DNA of 64,000 nucleotides from a virus (Duplodnaviria; Caudoviricetes): IMG/VR virus record IMGVR_UViG_3300001598_000004, positions 12,598 to 76,597 of that record; one strand, 5' to 3'. Shown piece by piece: positions 60,170 to 64,000 of this stretch (position 1 is its first letter; each line of letters starts with the position of its first letter). The notes under the pieces were generated by a model. It saw only the letters and a program-made list of their open reading frames with translations, ran no database searches and was not told where the DNA came from. The position numbers and the translations under genes were made by a program.

Positions 60170-60454
60170 AAGATGTAAAGTCTTATAAATACGTTAAACA
60201 TAATGTGAATTAATACTTATAGTAACCGATTACGGCGACAAAGGTAACACAAAAAAATGCAACCCCCATGATAGAGATTGCATCCTAATTTCGACTTACT
60301 TATAACTTGCTTGCGAAAGAAAAGTACTGCCGACGAATAAACATTATTTGCATCTTTGACAAATAATTTGTACTTTTGCCCCTATATAACAATTTTTTAG
60401 CTCTAATACAGATAAATTTGGTTATAGGTCAAAAAACATTTTTTATATCCATAG

Positions 60455-60489
60455 AAAAGAGGCAAGTCCGCGAAGGACTTGCCTCTTTT
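60455..60489. terminator. Strong bidirectional terminator
   Basis: 15-bp stem AAAAGAGGCAAGTCC/GGACTTGCCTCTTTT. Confidence 0.85.
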
Positions 60490-60624
60490 TCTTTTATTGG
60501 TTCAATATTTACCTGTTATCTTGCTCATTCTCTTCAAAGGAAGGAACATATCGAAGTCCTCTCCTATGCTATGAGCGTAATCGAGTAATCGTCTGCCGAC
60601 TTCGGAAGCAAGAATGTGGAATGC

Positions 60625-60870
60625 CTACCTCTCAATCCACATAGCCTCTATTCTCGCCTTTACGCTGTTTATTGAATTAGCATTATTACATTCACAGCAT
60701 ATAACTAAACTCTCGACACTGAAACCCGCAGCGTCAGCCCAGAACACACACAAGGCTCTCGCAGTGCTTACATCTTCCTTGCGGCATCCGCTTATAATAT
60801 CTTCTTCGGAAACATTGCACACTCTTGCACAGGTTTCAACGATTTTATCAAAAATCTCCTTCTTTGTCAT
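60625..60870 (-). CDS. Second DnaA domain IV-like small protein
   Basis: VCNVSEEDIISGCRKEDVSTARAL; similar to 54374..54670 (VCNVEEDDFLSRKRITNLNIARGL). Confidence 0.55.
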   Translation of the reverse strand: MTKKEIFDKIVETCARVCNVSEEDIISGCRKEDVSTARALCVFWADAAGFSVESLVICCECNNANSINSVKARIEAMWIER

Positions 60871-60876
60871 AGAGTC

Positions 60877-61389
60877 CTAATCTTTCTTTATCTTCCACAC
60901 AAATATGAAAATTGTGGCTAAAATAGCCAGTATGAAGGCGTAAAACAGCAAATCTTTAATACCGCCAAGTATATCCTCTTTTCGCGCCTTCTCGACATAT
61001 TTATCAGCGTTAGATTTGCTTTCTGCGATTTCCTTATAATGGTCGGCAATAGATTTGTAGTAATCAAGGCTATCATTGCTCGCTGATCCATGATATGTAT
61101 CGTGCGACTCTATCGCTTTTGCGGTATCACCTTGTGAGGTAAGATAGTAAGTATAGATATGCTTCTCTATAACAGTATCACGCTCAACCTTGACCGAGGA
61201 CTTATACAAAGTATCGTGCTTTTCAAAGTACACAGTATCTGTATGGCTCTCAATCTTGGTTTCAACCCTTACCACTTCTTTAGTAGGTGCGCACCCCGTT
61301 ACCAAGAACGATGCGCACCATACAAATATAAACATTATGAAGATTACAAACTTATTTCTTTTCATAAGCGTTAGTCCTTTTCTACCCAA
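60877..61389 (-). CDS. Spanin-like lipoprotein
   Basis: Signal peptide with lipobox-like LVTGC, C-terminal TM helix; follows the endolysin. Confidence 0.6.
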   Translation of the reverse strand: MGRKGLTLMKRNKFVIFIMFIFVWCASFLVTGCAPTKEVVRVETKIESHTDTVYFEKHDTLYKSSVKVERDTVIEKHIYTYYLTSQGDTAKAIESHDTYHGSASNDSLDYYKSIADHYKEIAESKSNADKYVEKARKEDILGGIKDLLFYAFILAILATIFIFVWKIKKD

Positions 61390-61835
61390 CGATTAGCCTC
61401 CCACTCTCTACGGGTGACAAGACCTTTCGCTACCTTTCCATTCGCATACACCCAACGACGGAACTGAGCCTGTATCTCCTTTGCAGGTGCTTTTGCGACT
61501 ATCTTATTGTATAGAGTGGTAGGTTTCCCATCACTTGCCTTTATAAGGCGTGACGCGCCAAGATTGAAGCCAAAATCAACAAGAGCATCCCATTGCCCTT
61601 GAGTCAAGGTTGGGAGTTTACCTTGCTTTTGCAAATTTCTCAAAACCTCTTCTACATCGTGAATGTCAACGAGCAGTCGTGCCTCTGCTGCTGCCTGAGT
61701 GATAGCCATGCCCATCATTACATTCTTTGTTGATCCATATCCTATTGTAGGTTTGCCAACCATATCACGATACGCAAAGAGCTTGCACCCTTCTGACCTT
61801 TTGATATGTGCTATACATTTCTCACTTGCTTTCAT
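61371..61835 (-). CDS. Endolysin (GH24 lysozyme)
   Basis: SEGCKLFAYRDMVGKPTIGYGST (E-D-T triad), QWDALVDFGFNLG, GLVTRREWE. Confidence 0.95.
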   Translation of the reverse strand: MKASEKCIAHIKRSEGCKLFAYRDMVGKPTIGYGSTKNVMMGMAITQAAAEARLLVDIHDVEEVLRNLQKQGKLPTLTQGQWDALVDFGFNLGASRLIKASDGKPTTLYNKIVAKAPAKEIQAQFRRWVYANGKVAKGLVTRREWEANRWVEKD

Positions 61836-62343
61836 TGTTCTCTATATTTGTTTGTGACATACTTTTCATTACCTCCGCGAGTATCTGTGCCAAGTCCTCT
61901 TTGTTCTTGATAATGACTTGCATTGTATTCTCTGCTTCGCGTATCTCTTCTTTGGTGTGCGTTTTCTCCATGACGCTCTTAAATTCAATAAGGCATAAGA
62001 ATGCGCCGAAGATTGCACTAAAGTACGGATGTTCATAAACATCACATATTGATGCAAGAAGGTCGATGCACGCCAAGCAAAAGTAGGGTAAGTAATAACG
62101 GATGTACTTCTCTGCTGTGCGTTTTAGACCTGTCGATGTTGTTGCGATGCCAGCTTCCCTTGCTTTCTTTATTCCTGTAGCAAGGTCTATGAATGTGGCA
62201 ACCATTACTATTGCAGCTATTGCCACAATCTCAATCATTGTATTATGTCCTAAGAGTAGTTCTTTCATTTCTTTATTGTGTGGTGTTGTCCTAAGTGGAA
62301 TCCTCCATATTCTCACGAACTTAGAGGACCGAATCATTAACAT
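61822..62343 (-). CDS. Holin (phage holin 4-like; true start probably near 62267)
   Basis: TM helices, IDLATGIKKA, EFKSVMEK motifs; directly upstream of the lysin. Confidence 0.8.
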   Translation of the reverse strand: MLMIRSSKFVRIWRIPLRTTPHNKEMKELLLGHNTMIEIVAIAAIVMVATFIDLATGIKKAREAGIATTSTGLKRTAEKYIRYYLPYFCLACIDLLASICDVYEHPYFSAIFGAFLCLIEFKSVMEKTHTKEEIREAENTMQVIIKNKEDLAQILAEVMKSMSQTNIENNESK

Positions 62344-62396
62344 TTTCCAAAATAACTAACTAAACTTGAAATTAAAACCTAAATATGATAATATTT

Positions 62397-62871
62397 CTAA
62401 AGCCAATTCCAACGTTGAATAAGGAGAATGCGGCATACAGTTCCGAGAATGATGCCTAACAGGTCTGCGAGCAGATCCCACACACAGGCATGATTGTTAG
62501 GATTCTTACCATCTGCGTACTCCTTTGTTAATGCGGCAACAAAAGCGCACTCTGTACTATACACTGCTATTATGAAGCATACAATGAAATGCCTCAATTT
62601 GTCTTTTCCGAATTTATCATTATCTTTCATGTTTGCGGTTGTTTAGGGGTTAATTATCTGTAAAGACATGATAGCAATACCACAAGAATACTATTATTGA
62701 TACTACAAGCCCTATTATATGGTAAGTAGTCATGTGCTCCTGTGATACGCAATCCAACGCAACTACCGCAGCGATTGTGGCAATAGCAAATTTCAATACG
62801 TTTTTCTGATTTCGTGTCATATCTTTACTTTTTAAGTGATGTTGCAAAGGTACAAAAAGTATATGACTCAA
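62397..62871 (-). CDS. Two small membrane proteins (62397-62630; 62650-62819)
   Basis: Hydrophobic ORFs at the head of the lysis operon. Confidence 0.5.
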
Positions 62872-62901
62872 TAGGTTTGTTTTTTATCGCACGAATAAAC
62901 A
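62845..62901 (-). promoter_or_regulatory. Late-type promoter TGTTTATTCG-N39-TACCTTTG upstream of the lysis cassette
   Basis: + strand CAAAGGTA 62845-62852, CGAATAAACA 62892-62901. Confidence 0.65.
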
Positions 62902-63230
62902 AAGGACAAAAAAAGCTCGCGAAAGATCATTCCGCGAGCTAATTCTTTCCAATGTCTAATGAATTTGAACGTTTTGTTTGTTTGCAAATCCGTTTGCAGA
63001 AACCATTTTTGCAAACAGAATTGCAAACGACTTTCTGTGGGGGTATATCCGTGTTTTTTTACTCAGTTACATTAACATCATTATAATATCACATAAATAT
63101 CAATATGTTACGCATTACATAAGGTTATTCAGTTACATAACCGTCACATAAGATTTTTACGTTTCGAGGGTTTGGTAGGAAAAACAATTTCCTTACCTAA
63201 CTCGTCACGTTTCGGGGGGGATTTGACGAG

Positions 63231-63696
63231 TTACTCTACCATTTCAGTTAATTCAAGTATAGCAACTTTAGGTATATTAATCACACCATTTATTTGCGAA
63301 GGTACTTCATCGTCACCTTCTGCGTATGATTGGGCTACAGATATTATCTCATCGTCTTCATATATAACAAAACCAAATGTAGTTGGCTTTGTTATTGAAG
63401 GCTTGAAATCTTTAAGTAATGCCCAATAACAATCACCGCCACAACTATCAATCCATTGTACTTGGACTTTCTTCAGCTTCAATTTCATCCTGCCTATCTA
63501 AAAAATAAAAATGAGCATAATTTTGAAAACTAATTCCACCTTGAATACCAAGTTCATCAAGTCTGTCTGTAATAGGCTTGAAAAAATTATTTGCAATATA
63601 CTCGTCAAAAGTTTGACCTTCTTCAAGTTTGTTTTTAACTTGACACAAATTAACATCAAGTACAAGATTGTACTTAGCCATGTTTATATGTTCCAT
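63231..63696 (-). CDS. Two small hypothetical proteins (63231-63488, 63448-63696)
   Basis: Co-oriented ORFs. Confidence 0.5.
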
Positions 63697-63802
63697 ATAT
63701 TTGACTTTTCCGTGTTGTCGAGGGCTGATATTTTATTTGTTATATTTCTCTGGCAATGAATCGCATATCTATTCATAACTAATCCTCCATTAATATACGC
63801 AC

Positions 63803-64000
63803 CTATCGAATGTGGAAGTCCTTATAATCAACCGTTGCTCCATAACCATCTGCCATTTGAATAAACATTTTGATATTGCCAAGATTCATATTATCAATGA
63901 CTATATCTTTACCACCTATAAGCGCAGTCTTCATCGCTTCAAGTGAAACGTGCTTAACGATGCCTTCTCTTGTAGGAATCCGATGATACTTACATAGCAT
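63803..64000 (-). CDS. 3' end of an AAA_33/polynucleotide-kinase-like protein (starts outside the window)
   Basis: ALIGGKDIVIDNMNL...ADGYGATVDYKDF. Confidence 0.5.
   Translation of the reverse strand: MLCKYHRIPTREGIVKHVSLEAMKTALIGGKDIVIDNMNLGNIKMFIQMADGYGATVDYKDFHIR

Noticed and set aside
60334-60343. Sixth CGAATAAACA copy
   Set aside because: No TAnnTTTG box at 38-39 nt; the nearest (60239-60246) is 87 nt away, so it is not counted as a late promoter.
60376-60588. + strand 70-aa ORF
   Set aside because: TTG start lies inside the -7 box and the ORF crosses a strong terminator.
1-64000. Diversity-generating retroelement or rRNA
   Set aside because: No reverse transcriptase motif, template/variable repeat pair or rRNA-like sequence seen; tail fibre genes lie outside the window.

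Overview
The window is most of a temperate tailed-phage (siphovirus-like) genome with Bacteroidales-type signals: TAnnTTTG promoter boxes and Prevotella/Bacteroides-like queC/queF. Layout: 1-9.1 kb is a leftward head/tail module (tape measure running off the left edge, tail chaperones with a likely -1 frameshift, tail tube, neck proteins, capsid, scaffold). 9.9-30.1 kb is a rightward array of small early/accessory genes driven by repeated promoter-leader modules, interrupted by a leftward DUF4268 moron. 30.1-46.5 kb is a leftward unit: a 1963-aa MuF minor head protein with an intein and three toxin-like domains, a CdiA-CT-like nuclease, VRR-NUC, portal, terminase, and a 7-deazaguanine DNA-modification cluster (ParB-like, dpdA, queF, queC, queD, queE, PRTase-folE fusion with an intein). 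46.7-48.9 kb holds a tyrosine integrase, an attP core made of the 3' half of tRNA-Pro(GGG), and a repressor. 48.9-57 kb is a rightward replication/recombination module. 57-64 kb is a leftward unknown cassette plus lysis genes. The most striking unannotated signals are (i) a ~95-nt candidate sRNA at 56.5 kb whose unpaired core is complementary to conserved leader/RBS elements repeated in front of 6-7 early genes, and (ii) a fixed-spacing promoter architecture TGTTTATTCG-N38-TAnnTTTG at five operon starts. Family names come from motif recognition by eye, not database searches.
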